Below, piece after piece: positions 34,936 to 45,007 of a stretch of DNA of 64,000 bases. This DNA comes from Candidatus Poribacteria bacterium (lineage in GTDB: Bacteria; Poribacteria; WGA-4E; PCPOR2b). Under the pieces are notes generated by a model, which was not told where the DNA came from, made no database searches, and saw nothing but the letters and a program-made list of their open reading frames with translations. The stretch covers positions 2,304,001-2,368,000 of the forward strand of contig OZ220744.1 of assembly GCA_965116925.1 (NCBI GenBank), written 5' to 3'. Every line of letters starts with the position of its first letter. The first letter of the stretch is position 1. The translations under genes were made by a program, and so were the position numbers.

Positions 34936-37701
34936 ATGGATCACAGTGACGGGGAGCTAATCAAACGAACACTTGCCGGCGATGAAGCTGCGTTTGGGCC
35001 TCTGGTGGATAGATACAAAGGTGCGGTTCACGCGCTTGTCTACCGCAAAACAGGGGATTTTCACATCGCCGAAGAGTTGACACAAGACGCCTTTCTCCAA
35101 GCCTATCAGAAGCTATCAACGCTCCGAAATCCGGTGCATTTCGCGGGTTGGCTCTACGTCATTGCATCGAGATGTTGCCTGATGTGGTATCGCAAAAAAC
35201 GTCTGCCAACAAGTCCCTGGGCTGAGGTGGAGACTGTTGAGATGGAGACAATTGCTCAACGGGATTACCACGATGAACAGCAGCGACAGGATGTTCATGA
35301 TGCGCTAGACAGTCTGCCTGAAAGTCAGCGTACCGTCTTGACGCTTCACTACCTTGGTGGCTTGAGTTGTAGAGAGATTGGGCGTTTCATCGGTACGTCG
35401 GAAGGTGCAATCAAGGATCGGCTCTATCGCGCACGTCTCCGTTTACGAGAGGAGATAACGAACATGATGCAGGAAACTTTGAGAGGCTTCCAACTACCGC
35501 CGACGTTCACCCGAAAACTGTTAGAGCGAATCAGCAATTTAGAACCTACCCCGGCTATCCCGCGCGGTCAGCCGCTGATTCCGTGGGGTATCGCTGGTGC
35601 CGTAACGATTGTCCTGATTGTCTGTGCAAGTTTCACAAACGGGCTCCGATTTCAGCTGCCGTATAGCTTTCATGCGGATGAGTCGGCAACAGTGGTTGAG
35701 GTTACCAACGCGCCTATTGTGGATCGTGCCCTCCTTCCACCCAATCAACGTGGCGGTCAGGTGGTGTTTCAAGCTGCTGCCCAGAAGGAGCAAGATAATG
35801 CCCAGCTTGGTCTGAGTTATCAAGATTATCAGAGGTGGCATTTACCCGAAAGAGCCAAAGCGCGCATCGGAAAAGGGGCGATTAGTCAGGGCGATAGAGC
35901 GATTGCGTTTTCGCCCGATGGTATACATATCGCAGTCGCAAGCAACATTGGTGTTTGGCTATATGAAGCGGATACAGGTCATGAACTGGTGCTACTCCCC
36001 ACGGTCTCCCATTGGGCACACGCTGTGGCGTTTTCACCGGATGGCACAAAACTCGCCGGGGCAGATGGGCGGACGATCCAACTGTGGGCCGTTTCGACGC
36101 AAACAAGTATTGCCACCCTTGAGGGGCATACGGGATTGGTCTGGTCGGTGGCGTTCTCGCCTGATGGTACGACGCTGGCTTCGGGGTCAGTGGATAAAAC
36201 TATCAAACTGTGGGAAGTCTCCACAGGTAGAAATATCAACACACTCACAGGACATACAGAATTACCGAGATCTGTGGCATTCTCACCTGATGGTACGAAA
36301 CTCGCTTCGGGATCTGTTGATAAAACGATCAAACTGTGGGAGATTGAGACAGGAAAAAATATCAGTACGCTTACAGGACATACGAATAGGGTCAAATCTA
36401 TAGCATTCTCGCCCGAGGGTACGAAGCTCGCTTCGGGATCGGCAGATGCAACGGTCAAGTTGTGGGATGTTTCCACCGGAGAAAATATCAAAACGTTCGG
36501 AGATACAGATGAGTCCTCTACTGCGGTGCGGATGCTTCATCTCTTTGCGCGTCGTTCTTCCGAGTCCGTGCAGCATACGTTTCCAATCACCTCTGTAGCG
36601 TTTTCGCCCGATGGTACGACACTCGCCTCAGGAGATGCGGATGGAATGGTCAAGCTGTGGGATGTTTCGACGGGAAGAGATATCAGAATAGTCCGCGGTC
36701 CCGGAGGATTATATAAATCTGTGGCGTTTTCGCCCGATGGTGCAAAACTCGCCTCGTCCATTTCGGGCGGGTATGGAACGATTGAAATAAGGGAGGTCGC
36801 AACAGGAAAGAATATCAACACAATTACGGGTCATCTAGATGGGGTCCAGTCTATAGTGTTTTCCCCCGATGGCACCAAACTCGCTGCGGGTTTATCTGTG
36901 TCACAAGGTGTCAAATTATGGGAGATAGAAACGGGTCAACAGGTTGCCACTTTCTCGGAAAAAATGGGGACGGTTAAGTCCGTGGCGTTCTCCCCCGATG
37001 GTATGACCCTTGCTTCCACTCCGGGTGCACTTGGAAAGATCAAACTGTGGGAGCTAGAAACAGGCAAAAATATCGCCACACTCACAGGACACAAGGGTTG
37101 GGTTCTCTCTGTGGTATTTTCGCCTGATGGCGCGAGACTCGCATCAGCAGCAGAGGATAAAACGGTCAAACTCTGGGACGTTGAGACAGGCAGAAATATC
37201 GCTACACTCCAAGGGCATACGGATGGGGTTCCCTCTGTGGCGTTCTCCCCTGATGGTGCCAAACTCGCCTCCGGGTCGGCGGACAAAACTGTTAAATTAT
37301 GGGATGTTGAGACAGGCAGAAATATCGCGACACTTGAGGGGCATACAGGTAAGGTTTGGTCTGTGGCATTTTCTCCCGATGGTACAAAGCTCGCCTCGGG
37401 ATCAGCGGGCAAGACCGTTAAATTATGGGATGTTGAGACCGTCAAAAACATCACTACACTTGAGGGGCATAGGGACTGGGTCTGGTCTGTGATGTTTTCA
37501 CCCGATGGTACAAAGCTCGCATCGGGGTCAGATAACACAGTTGAATTGTGGGAGGTCGAGACGGGAAAACATCTCGACACATTTCAAGGAGATGGGCGGG
37601 CATTGATGTCTGTGGCATTTTCGCCCGATGGTACAAAACTCGTTTCCGGGGCATCGACTGGACCGATTCTGCTGTGGGATCTATCAGATTTTACCGACTG
37701 A
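34936..37701 (+). CDS. ECF sigma factor fused via a TM helix to 14 WD40 repeats
   Basis: Sigma regions 2/4 ('AEELTQDAF', 'FAGWLY', 'IKDRLYRAR'), TM 'WGIAGAVTIVLIVC', 14 'FSP(D/E)G' units. Confidence 0.9.
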   Translation: MDHSDGELIKRTLAGDEAAFGPLVDRYKGAVHALVYRKTGDFHIAEELTQDAFLQAYQKLSTLRNPVHFAGWLYVIASRCCLMWYRKKRLPTSPWAEVETVEMETIAQRDYHDEQQRQDVHDALDSLPESQRTVLTLHYLGGLSCREIGRFIGTSEGAIKDRLYRARLRLREEITNMMQETLRGFQLPPTFTRKLLERISNLEPTPAIPRGQPLIPWGIAGAVTIVLIVCASFTNGLRFQLPYSFHADESATVVEVTNAPIVDRALLPPNQRGGQVVFQAAAQKEQDNAQLGLSYQDYQRWHLPERAKARIGKGAISQGDRAIAFSPDGIHIAVASNIGVWLYEADTGHELVLLPTVSHWAHAVAFSPDGTKLAGADGRTIQLWAVSTQTSIATLEGHTGLVWSVAFSPDGTTLASGSVDKTIKLWEVSTGRNINTLTGHTELPRSVAFSPDGTKLASGSVDKTIKLWEIETGKNISTLTGHTNRVKSIAFSPEGTKLASGSADATVKLWDVSTGENIKTFGDTDESSTAVRMLHLFARRSSESVQHTFPITSVAFSPDGTTLASGDADGMVKLWDVSTGRDIRIVRGPGGLYKSVAFSPDGAKLASSISGGYGTIEIREVATGKNINTITGHLDGVQSIVFSPDGTKLAAGLSVSQGVKLWEIETGQQVATFSEKMGTVKSVAFSPDGMTLASTPGALGKIKLWELETGKNIATLTGHKGWVLSVVFSPDGARLASAAEDKTVKLWDVETGRNIATLQGHTDGVPSVAFSPDGAKLASGSADKTVKLWDVETGRNIATLEGHTGKVWSVAFSPDGTKLASGSAGKTVKLWDVETVKNITTLEGHRDWVWSVMFSPDGTKLASGSDNTVELWEVETGKHLDTFQGDGRALMSVAFSPDGTKLVSGASTGPILLWDLSDFTD

Positions 37702-37722
37702 TAAATTGGCGACTTTCTCACT

Positions 37723-38310
37723 TATAGTGAATTCTAAAAATAAGTAGACATTAAAAGTAGATAGTTTTTTGTATCGCAATCTGTTAGATTGTGATCTTCT
37801 GCCGCAAACTATAGTAGATGTTAGAATTAATGAGACACTCTCAATACACAGCCAACCCCCTAAATCCCCCTTATCAGGGGGACTTTGAAGATTTCGCGCC
37901 GATTGAAATTATTAGTAAATGTATCCTTATTTCTCATGTTTACTATAAATGAAGATTAATTTTTTAATTCGGTAATTTACCAGCGATGCCCGGTGCGGTT
38001 GAAAACCGCACCTACCGGGCCTGGGAAAAATATAGACAGGACTTACGCGGTCGAACGCTTGAAGCCTTGTAGTTCGGTGATTCATCGCTGCTGGACATCG
38101 TTGCCAACGTCCGATGAATCGGGCAACTACAATCTGAAGTGCGTAAGTCCTGATAAAATTACCGAAGTATTTTCTGAAACTTCATACAATTTGCGCTACA
38201 TTTGGCAGATTGCCCTTTACATCGGAGGCTGGCACCGTGTGCCGTAACCCTGTGAACAAGTTCCTGACATCGCTCGTTCATCGTGTCTAATTAATTCTAA
38301 AACCTACCAT
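37723..38310. mobile_element. Composite nest of MITE-like families A, B, C and REP-like hairpins
   Basis: Family A end at 37723, inner A-type element 37810-37947, family C 37949-38207, family B 38037-38152; 38195-38310 is the reverse complement of ~48205-48325. Confidence 0.65.
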
Positions 38311-38342
38311 AATTCATTGAAAACAGAAAGGGAGATATTTCC

Positions 38343-39461
38343 ATGGGGCTACGCGCTGGGATTGTTGGCTGCGGTGGCATCAGCCGGAGTCATGCAACCG
38401 CATACGCAAATCTGAAAGAAGTGGAGCTTGTCGCCTTGTGCGATATTCAGCCCGCGGCACTCAATACAAGGGCGGACGAGTATGCTGTGTCCAACCGCTA
38501 TACCGACTTCCAAGAGATGTTTGAGAAGGAAACGTTAGATGTCGTCAGTGTCTGCACCCATGCGCCGCTGCATGCGCCGGTTGTGATTGCTGCTGCGAAG
38601 GCGGGTATAAATGTCCTGAGTGAAAAACCGCTTTCTACTGATCTGGAAAACGCCGATAGGATGGTCGCGGCTTGTAAAGCAGCAGGGGTGCGGCTTGCGG
38701 TGAGTCATCAATATCGATTTACGCCGCTATTTCGTCACGCGAAGGAGTGGATTGAATCGGGGCGGATTGGCGAATTCCGTTCTATCCGTGAGGTGGGCAA
38801 GGGTCGTGAAGCAGGATTTGAGTTGATGGAGATGGGTGTCCACTACTTTGATGAGATGGATTTCTTCATGGATGGTATTGAGTGGGTTCACGCCCAGGCT
38901 ACCTATCGAGGACACGCTGTCGGTGTTGGGGACATTATGCACAGTAGTGAGCTGTGCAAAACAGATCGGCGCGACAACGGCATGGTGGCAGGCGACATAA
39001 TGATGATTCATCTCGGTGGGAAGCGGGGTGCGAGTGGCTTGGTTGAACTCTATTGCCGTGACCCGCTACAAGGCTGGATGATGGGCCCCCACATTTTAGG
39101 GAGTGAGGGGCAACTGATGATTAAGCCGAATCCCCAAACTGGAGTAGATGAGATGTGGCATTGCCCGTTTGATGTTTCGTTTGCTGCACACACGCCCCAA
39201 TGGAAGCGCGTTCTGCTTCCCGAAGAGGTCTTTGTCATTGATGGTCGGTCATGGTCGGGTAGGCATTCGATTTGGAGTGTGCGGGACATGGTAACCGCGA
39301 TCCGCGAAAACCGGCAGCCGGAGCTTGGTGGCTCCCAAGCACTGACCTCTTTGGAGTGCGTCAGTGCCGTCTATGAGTCCCATTTTACTGAGGCGAGAGC
39401 CTATCTGCCGTTGGAGGACCGCCGTCATCCGCTCATCAAGCGATTGAACGGGGGATCTTAG
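38343..39461 (+). CDS. Gfo/Idh/MocA family oxidoreductase
   Basis: 'GIVGCGGIS', 'EKP', 'MGVHYFD'. Confidence 0.9.
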   Translation: MGLRAGIVGCGGISRSHATAYANLKEVELVALCDIQPAALNTRADEYAVSNRYTDFQEMFEKETLDVVSVCTHAPLHAPVVIAAAKAGINVLSEKPLSTDLENADRMVAACKAAGVRLAVSHQYRFTPLFRHAKEWIESGRIGEFRSIREVGKGREAGFELMEMGVHYFDEMDFFMDGIEWVHAQATYRGHAVGVGDIMHSSELCKTDRRDNGMVAGDIMMIHLGGKRGASGLVELYCRDPLQGWMMGPHILGSEGQLMIKPNPQTGVDEMWHCPFDVSFAAHTPQWKRVLLPEEVFVIDGRSWSGRHSIWSVRDMVTAIRENRQPELGGSQALTSLECVSAVYESHFTEARAYLPLEDRRHPLIKRLNGGS

Positions 39462-39467
39462 AGTATC

Positions 39468-39578
39468 GGCTGGGCAGGATGCCCAGCCTACCGGTGTGGA
39501 TTGTTGAGGTCGGACACGATGCCCGACCTACAGGTAGATTTGTACAAGAGTTACGGCATACGGAGTAGCCTACTACTA
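39468..39578 (-). repeat. Three GTAG REP-like hairpins between convergent genes
   Basis: GGCTGGGCAGGATGCCCAGCCTAC, GGTCGGACACGATGCCCGACCTAC, CGGCATACGGAGTAGCCTACTAC (last one also at ~61500). Confidence 0.65.
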
Positions 39579-39588
39579 GAGATTTAGG

Positions 39589-40590
39589 TTATTGTGAACT
39601 CATTGCTGCTTTCTCAACGTCAGCCAACCACACGCGCTCACCATTGTTTGATGCCGACCGATGGACTGCACCCTCGAAAACCAGTTCATTCCATGCGGCT
39701 TCCCCATCTGCTGGGAACGATTCGTCCGCGTGCATCGCTTTGATTACGCCGTCAGCCATGCGGGGGAAGGACGTTTGGTAACTGTCTCCTTCTTCGTTTT
39801 CCCACAGTTCTTCAGCCTCAGAGGTGTTGGCTCCGCGCCAGATATTGGCTTCGCGCCGACGATACCAGCCCTCCAGACCACGGGCTTCGGCGTAACGCTC
39901 ATCGCCGACAATCATGACGCGCAGCGGATGGTCGTCGTCACCCCATAGGTTGCTTCCAGCGAGCGAACCGATCACACCGTTTGCCCACTCCATCTGAATC
40001 ATGCGCTGCCAACCGCCTTCTTCGCTTGGATCGCCCATGACGCTGACCCATTCGGGCAATCCCATGCTCCAGAGTATCTGATCGATGACGTGCGACCAAC
40101 AGTTGAAATGTGCCCGGGCGCGTACCATCCGTATTTCACCCAATCGCCCTTCTACTACATCATCGTGAAGTTTTCGGAAGTGGGTCATGAAGCGGTAGTT
40201 GAAGTCAATGCCAAATTTTAGCCCTGAATCTCGCCACTCAGAGATTGCCGCTGCTGCGATGGGAAGGTCATCCTCTCTGACGCGGAATTGACCCTCTAGG
40301 CCGCAGAGGGGTTTCTCGGTGAACACATTCTGACCTGCTGCGAGCAGCTGCCGCAGCGGTGGGATGCGTCGGGTTTCATTGACGATCAGCAGCATCAGGT
40401 CCACATCGCAGTTCGCGAGCAGCTCTTCGATACTCGAATATCCGGGGGCACCAAACTTTTCTGTGGCTGCGGCGAGCAGTTCGGGATCCATGTCGCAGAC
40501 AGCGACAACTTCGGCGTCGGGATGGCTGTGGAAGTTTCCGCCGTGCATCAATCCCATACCTCTACCGCTGATGAGTGCACATTTTATCAT
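39589..40590 (-). CDS. Gfo/Idh/MocA family oxidoreductase
   Basis: 'GRGMG', 'VAVCD', 'EKP', 'NYRF', 'SHVID'. Confidence 0.85.
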   Translation of the reverse strand: MIKCALISGRGMGLMHGGNFHSHPDAEVVAVCDMDPELLAAATEKFGAPGYSSIEELLANCDVDLMLLIVNETRRIPPLRQLLAAGQNVFTEKPLCGLEGQFRVREDDLPIAAAAISEWRDSGLKFGIDFNYRFMTHFRKLHDDVVEGRLGEIRMVRARAHFNCWSHVIDQILWSMGLPEWVSVMGDPSEEGGWQRMIQMEWANGVIGSLAGSNLWGDDDHPLRVMIVGDERYAEARGLEGWYRRREANIWRGANTSEAEELWENEEGDSYQTSFPRMADGVIKAMHADESFPADGEAAWNELVFEGAVHRSASNNGERVWLADVEKAAMSSQ

Positions 40591-40790
40591 GGTTATATTC
40601 CTTTCTATGTCAGACTAAAGATATACAGTGCTTTTTGATAGTGTTCTTCTTATATCTCTTAGATAAGGACTGATCTCCATTGAAGGGTAACGTTGGGGAG
40701 GTGGGAAATCCGCAGACTTGTTGGGTCTGGCGTGAGATAAAATCGGACTGATATGGGGCAGGAGCCCCACAGAACCTCTACGCTACAGTC

Positions 40791-41855
40791 CTATGAATCA
40801 TCAGGCTTTTCGTTGTCTGCGTCAAGCTGCGCTTCCAGTTGAGCGACACGCTCTTGGAGCCGCGAAAACGCTTGCAACATTTCTGGCATTCGACGCAGGG
40901 AGGCTTGGATACGCAGTTGCTGCGCGTGATTTTCTGCCGGGAAACCGGATACGTAGCTCCCTGCAGGAAGGTCTTTGGTCACCGCAGATTTGGCAAAAAC
41001 GGTGCTATCTGCCCCAATGGTGATATGCCCAACGGCTCCAGAGTGCCCCGCCATTGTCACACGATCTTGCAATTCGGCACTTCCAGCGATGCCGGTCTGG
41101 GCGGCGATGCAGCAATCTTCGCCAATTACCACATTATGCGCGATCTGTATGAGGTTATCAAGTTTTGTACCTCGTTTGATGATTGTTGCTCCGTTGGTCA
41201 TCGTGGCGCGATCAACCGTTGTGTTAGCACCGATTTCGACATCATCCTCGATAATTACCGTGCCGATTTGCGGGATTTTATGGTGACGGTCGCTGACTGA
41301 AGCGAAGCCGAAGCCGTCGCTGCCGATGACGACCCCGCAGTGCAGGATAACCCGATTGCCAATCTCGACATCCTCACGAATCGTTACATTGGGATAAATG
41401 AGGGTTTCGTTACCAATTTTCGTGTCATCGCCGATATAGACAAAGGGACTGATAATTGTTCCATCACCGATTTGGACATTATCGCCAATATAGGTGTACG
41501 CCTGAATGGAGACCATCTCGCCGATCTGAACATTCTCGCCAATAATCGCGGTTTCATGGATACCGTAGGTTGTTTTCCGTTTACGCCATGCAAACAGTTC
41601 TAGGACTTTGACAAAGGCGAAGTACGGATTGTCAACGCGAATAAGCGGTTTACCGTTGTAGGGGATATCCTGACCAACGATAATCGCAGCAGCCTGTGTG
41701 CGTTCTATTTCGCGCAGGTACTTTGAGTTGGCGACAAACGTGAGATCATGCGCTCTCGCCTCTTTGATGCCGGAGACGCCGATAATCTCAATCTCCCCGT
41801 CTCCTAGTAACTCCCCATCGATTAATTCACTAATTTCTTTCAGTGTTTTTACCAT
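40791..41855 (-). CDS. lpxD: UDP-3-O-acylglucosamine N-acyltransferase
   Basis: Hexapeptide repeats, 'GSDGFGF', 'KIPQIG', 'DNLIQIAHN'. Confidence 0.95.
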   Translation of the reverse strand: MVKTLKEISELIDGELLGDGEIEIIGVSGIKEARAHDLTFVANSKYLREIERTQAAAIIVGQDIPYNGKPLIRVDNPYFAFVKVLELFAWRKRKTTYGIHETAIIGENVQIGEMVSIQAYTYIGDNVQIGDGTIISPFVYIGDDTKIGNETLIYPNVTIREDVEIGNRVILHCGVVIGSDGFGFASVSDRHHKIPQIGTVIIEDDVEIGANTTVDRATMTNGATIIKRGTKLDNLIQIAHNVVIGEDCCIAAQTGIAGSAELQDRVTMAGHSGAVGHITIGADSTVFAKSAVTKDLPAGSYVSGFPAENHAQQLRIQASLRRMPEMLQAFSRLQERVAQLEAQLDADNEKPDDS

Positions 41856-41925
41856 AATTGCTTGAGGGTAGATTGCCCTCTGGTATCAGCCGTTTTTCTC
41901 CGGCATTGGAGCCAGCGGACAATCA

Positions 41926-42537
41926 TTAGTTACTCTTTTCCCCTTCCTTTCCTGTCTCGGTTTCGGGGGGAGTCGCCGGTTGTGGAGCGTCCTTCGATTT
42001 TTCTTTTTCGTATGCATCGTTTAGTAGCTTGAGGACCCTCTCCGTCAAATCATACTTTGGATCGACATAAAGTGTCACCAAACGTTTTTCAAGGATAAGG
42101 CTATATCCTTCACTCTCACCGACTCGTTGAAGCAGCCCCTCTATTTCCTGTGTCAGCGGTGCCAGCAGTTCTTCGCGTTTTGCCAAAATTGATTCTTGAC
42201 CAATCTCCAATTCGCGTTGGAGTTCTTGCCTTTTGAGACGAATATCAGCTTCCAGCGTCTGAGTTTCGGGGGCGTCAAGGAACAACCTCTGCTTCGTCAG
42301 GCGGTCCTCCATCGTGTCGATTTCTTGCTGCATGCCTTTGAGTTGATCTGTCAACCGATCTTGAGCAGTTTTCAAAATCTCATTGGCTTCTTGGGCTTTT
42401 GTAAAATTCTCAAATACCCTTTGTGTGTCAACAACACCTAGCTTAAAGTTGTTTTCTGCCGCGGCACCAAAACCCAGACAAAATGATCCAAATAAGATAG
42501 CACTGAGTCCTAGGTAAAACTTCAAAATTCGAGTCAT
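41926..42537 (-). CDS. skp: OmpH/Skp periplasmic chaperone
   Basis: Signal peptide, 'KLGVVDTQRVF', coiled coil, 'YDLTERVL'; lies between bamA and lpxD. Confidence 0.9.
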   Translation of the reverse strand: MTRILKFYLGLSAILFGSFCLGFGAAAENNFKLGVVDTQRVFENFTKAQEANEILKTAQDRLTDQLKGMQQEIDTMEDRLTKQRLFLDAPETQTLEADIRLKRQELQRELEIGQESILAKREELLAPLTQEIEGLLQRVGESEGYSLILEKRLVTLYVDPKYDLTERVLKLLNDAYEKEKSKDAPQPATPPETETGKEGEKSN

Positions 42538-42608
42538 AAAACCTCCGTGTGGTGGAGTCCCCGATGTGGGGTCTCCGCTATTTTAGGTATCTTAATACGT
42601 TACATTTA

Positions 42609-44951
42609 CTAAAAACCTGGTCCGATTGTGAAGTGGAATTTCCCTCTACCGCTTTCAATTTCTCGATCAAACCCGTAGCCCCATTCAAGGCGTGCCAACA
42701 TGCCCATCAGATCAAAGCGAACTCCGACGCCCGCGCCTTTCTTGAGTGTAAAATCACTGAAGACGTTCGGAATGCTTTCGTCCCATACCTGTCCTACATC
42801 AAAGAACGCAACGGCGGTCAACTGATTTGCAAGTGGAATGCGATATTCCAGATTCGCGTAGAGGACTTTGTTACCGCCATTAAAGTTAATTTCGCCGTTC
42901 TTGTTTCTGGGAAAGATTTCAAAGTCCTCATAACCGCGGACGGTGTCGATGCCGCCGAGCCGGTAGCGCTCATAGTATAGGAATCTCCAATCGCTACTTT
43001 GACTATTGAGGTATGATGCCCGCACATGGCCGGCGAGGACATGGTTAAACCAACTTCTAAAGAACCAACTTGAATCCGCGGAATATCTCTGAAACCTATT
43101 GTCCGCCCCGAAGAATCCACCTGCGTATTCATAAGAGAGGCTGTTGTGTGAGCCGGATACAGGTTCATGGAGACTTCGTTGATAGTCGCGTGTGTCTCTG
43201 GCGAGGCTGAAAGTTATACTGCGGGTGAGGCGACCATTGATCTCTTCCACCCCCGATCCGTATGCATCGACAGATTCATTTTTGAGACGAATTGATAGGT
43301 CTGTGTTTTTGGATAGGGGACGCCCGAACGTCAGAGACCCCCCGACCCGTTTATAGGTATATCGATCGTATCCCCGATCGCGAAAGATTGAGCCATAATA
43401 TCGATGCGTGCGCTGGGTGTTGTACAGGCTAGTACTGAAACGGGTTGGTGTTCCCAAGATCCAGGGGGTACTGAAGCGGAGTTCGCCGGTATGCCGATCG
43501 CGCGCCCCGAGTTCACCTTTCAGGTGTATCCGAAAAGCGCGTCCCCAGAGGTTGTTTTCACCAATCTGTGCTACCCCAAAGATGCCGCCTTCTGTGCCGT
43601 AGCCTCCACCAAGGCTGAGTAGTCCGGTGCGCGGTGATTCTGTGATGGTGACAATTAGATCTCGGATAGCACCTTCGGAATTGCTTGGAACGAACTCTAC
43701 GTTACGAATAAACGATCCCATCCGAAAGATTCGCTGTCGTGCTTTCCGTAGTGCCTGCACGTCGTAAAATTCTCCGGGTTTGATATCCAGTTGGTCCAAT
43801 TCGCGTCGGATAACGTAGTCTTTTGTTTTTTCTAAACCGTTGATGTGAACGTCGCCAATGATGATGACATCGCCTTCGGTGATGTTTAGCGTCAGGTCCA
43901 CAATACCGTTGATTTCATCAAAATCGGGGGATGCGTCCACTCGTGACAGGAGGTATCCTTTGTTTTGGTATTCTTCCTCAATCTTGGCAAGTGTTTCCTC
44001 GAACTCTCCGCGATTAAAAATTTCTCCTTCAGTCGGGCTCAACATATCGCGAATCTTTTCTTCGGAAAATGCGGGTTTTTCGGAGTGCGTGAGATTAACC
44101 GTATACGTCCCAACGATAAATTGTGGACCTTCATCAATAGCGATGTCGAGCATTAGTTCTGTTTTATCATCGGAAAATCGTTTGTCATGTTTAGTAATTC
44201 TTGCTTGATTGAATCCCCCGTCTTGGTAGTATCGCACTAAAGTGGTCAGATCTTCCTCGAAGAAATTCTCATCAAAATGCTTACCTGTTCGGGTTTTCAT
44301 CTGCTTGCTCAGTGATTTTGGTGCAAGATTATCGTTACCGATGAAGTTGATTTCTTGGACTTTAATCCGTTGCCCTTCCGTGATCTCAAATGTTACGGCT
44401 ATTGTGTTGGTGTCGGAATCAATATCCTTATGCGTTTGGACCTCTGCCAGAAAGTAACCTGCTTCTTTGTACATTTTCAGGATATTCTGTTTGCTTTTCC
44501 AGAGCCGTTGCTCATTGAAAAGTTCTCCCGGTTTCAGATTGATTGCTTCTTTTATTTTTTTATATTTCAACTGCTCGTTGCCGATAATGTTGATGTTGCC
44601 CTCGATTTTAGGGTTTGGGATGAGTCGATAGATAACCTTCAATCCGCTCCCTTGAGCGGGTTCGACATCAACGAGAATGTCCTCAAAAAAGCCGGTATCC
44701 TTATAGAGGTTTTTGCTATCCTGTGATAACTGGTAAGGAGAGATTTCCTCGCCAACACGGGTTTGTATGATACTTTTAATTAAACCCTCTGATTCCTCCA
44801 TTATCCCTTCAAACTCGATCTCTTTTATCTGTAATGTCTCGTCAACTGTTTTCGTGGGCTTCGGTTCTTCCTCATCGGCAGCAAGGACTGTCGATAGCAT
44901 AACGCACATCAACCCCACTAATAAACCGATTCGCCAGCATATCACTTTCAT
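42609..44951 (-). CDS. bamA: Outer membrane protein assembly factor BamA
   Basis: POTRA domains ('KTKDYVIRRE'), 'GGIDTVRGY', C-terminal 'FHFTIGPGF'. Confidence 0.95.
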   Translation of the reverse strand: MKVICWRIGLLVGLMCVMLSTVLAADEEEPKPTKTVDETLQIKEIEFEGIMEESEGLIKSIIQTRVGEEISPYQLSQDSKNLYKDTGFFEDILVDVEPAQGSGLKVIYRLIPNPKIEGNINIIGNEQLKYKKIKEAINLKPGELFNEQRLWKSKQNILKMYKEAGYFLAEVQTHKDIDSDTNTIAVTFEITEGQRIKVQEINFIGNDNLAPKSLSKQMKTRTGKHFDENFFEEDLTTLVRYYQDGGFNQARITKHDKRFSDDKTELMLDIAIDEGPQFIVGTYTVNLTHSEKPAFSEEKIRDMLSPTEGEIFNRGEFEETLAKIEEEYQNKGYLLSRVDASPDFDEINGIVDLTLNITEGDVIIIGDVHINGLEKTKDYVIRRELDQLDIKPGEFYDVQALRKARQRIFRMGSFIRNVEFVPSNSEGAIRDLIVTITESPRTGLLSLGGGYGTEGGIFGVAQIGENNLWGRAFRIHLKGELGARDRHTGELRFSTPWILGTPTRFSTSLYNTQRTHRYYGSIFRDRGYDRYTYKRVGGSLTFGRPLSKNTDLSIRLKNESVDAYGSGVEEINGRLTRSITFSLARDTRDYQRSLHEPVSGSHNSLSYEYAGGFFGADNRFQRYSADSSWFFRSWFNHVLAGHVRASYLNSQSSDWRFLYYERYRLGGIDTVRGYEDFEIFPRNKNGEINFNGGNKVLYANLEYRIPLANQLTAVAFFDVGQVWDESIPNVFSDFTLKKGAGVGVRFDLMGMLARLEWGYGFDREIESGRGKFHFTIGPGF

Positions 44952-45007
44952 TGCTTTCCTCCTCCATTTTCTCGGTGGTACAAATTATCTGACGTTCACG
45001 ATGGACC

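Noticed and set aside
35979..37580. Antisense repeat ORFs (170, 94 and 214 aa) and a possible DGR template/variable repeat pair
   Set aside because: Shadows of the WD40 repeats; differences between units are not adenine-specific by eye and no reverse transcriptase is present
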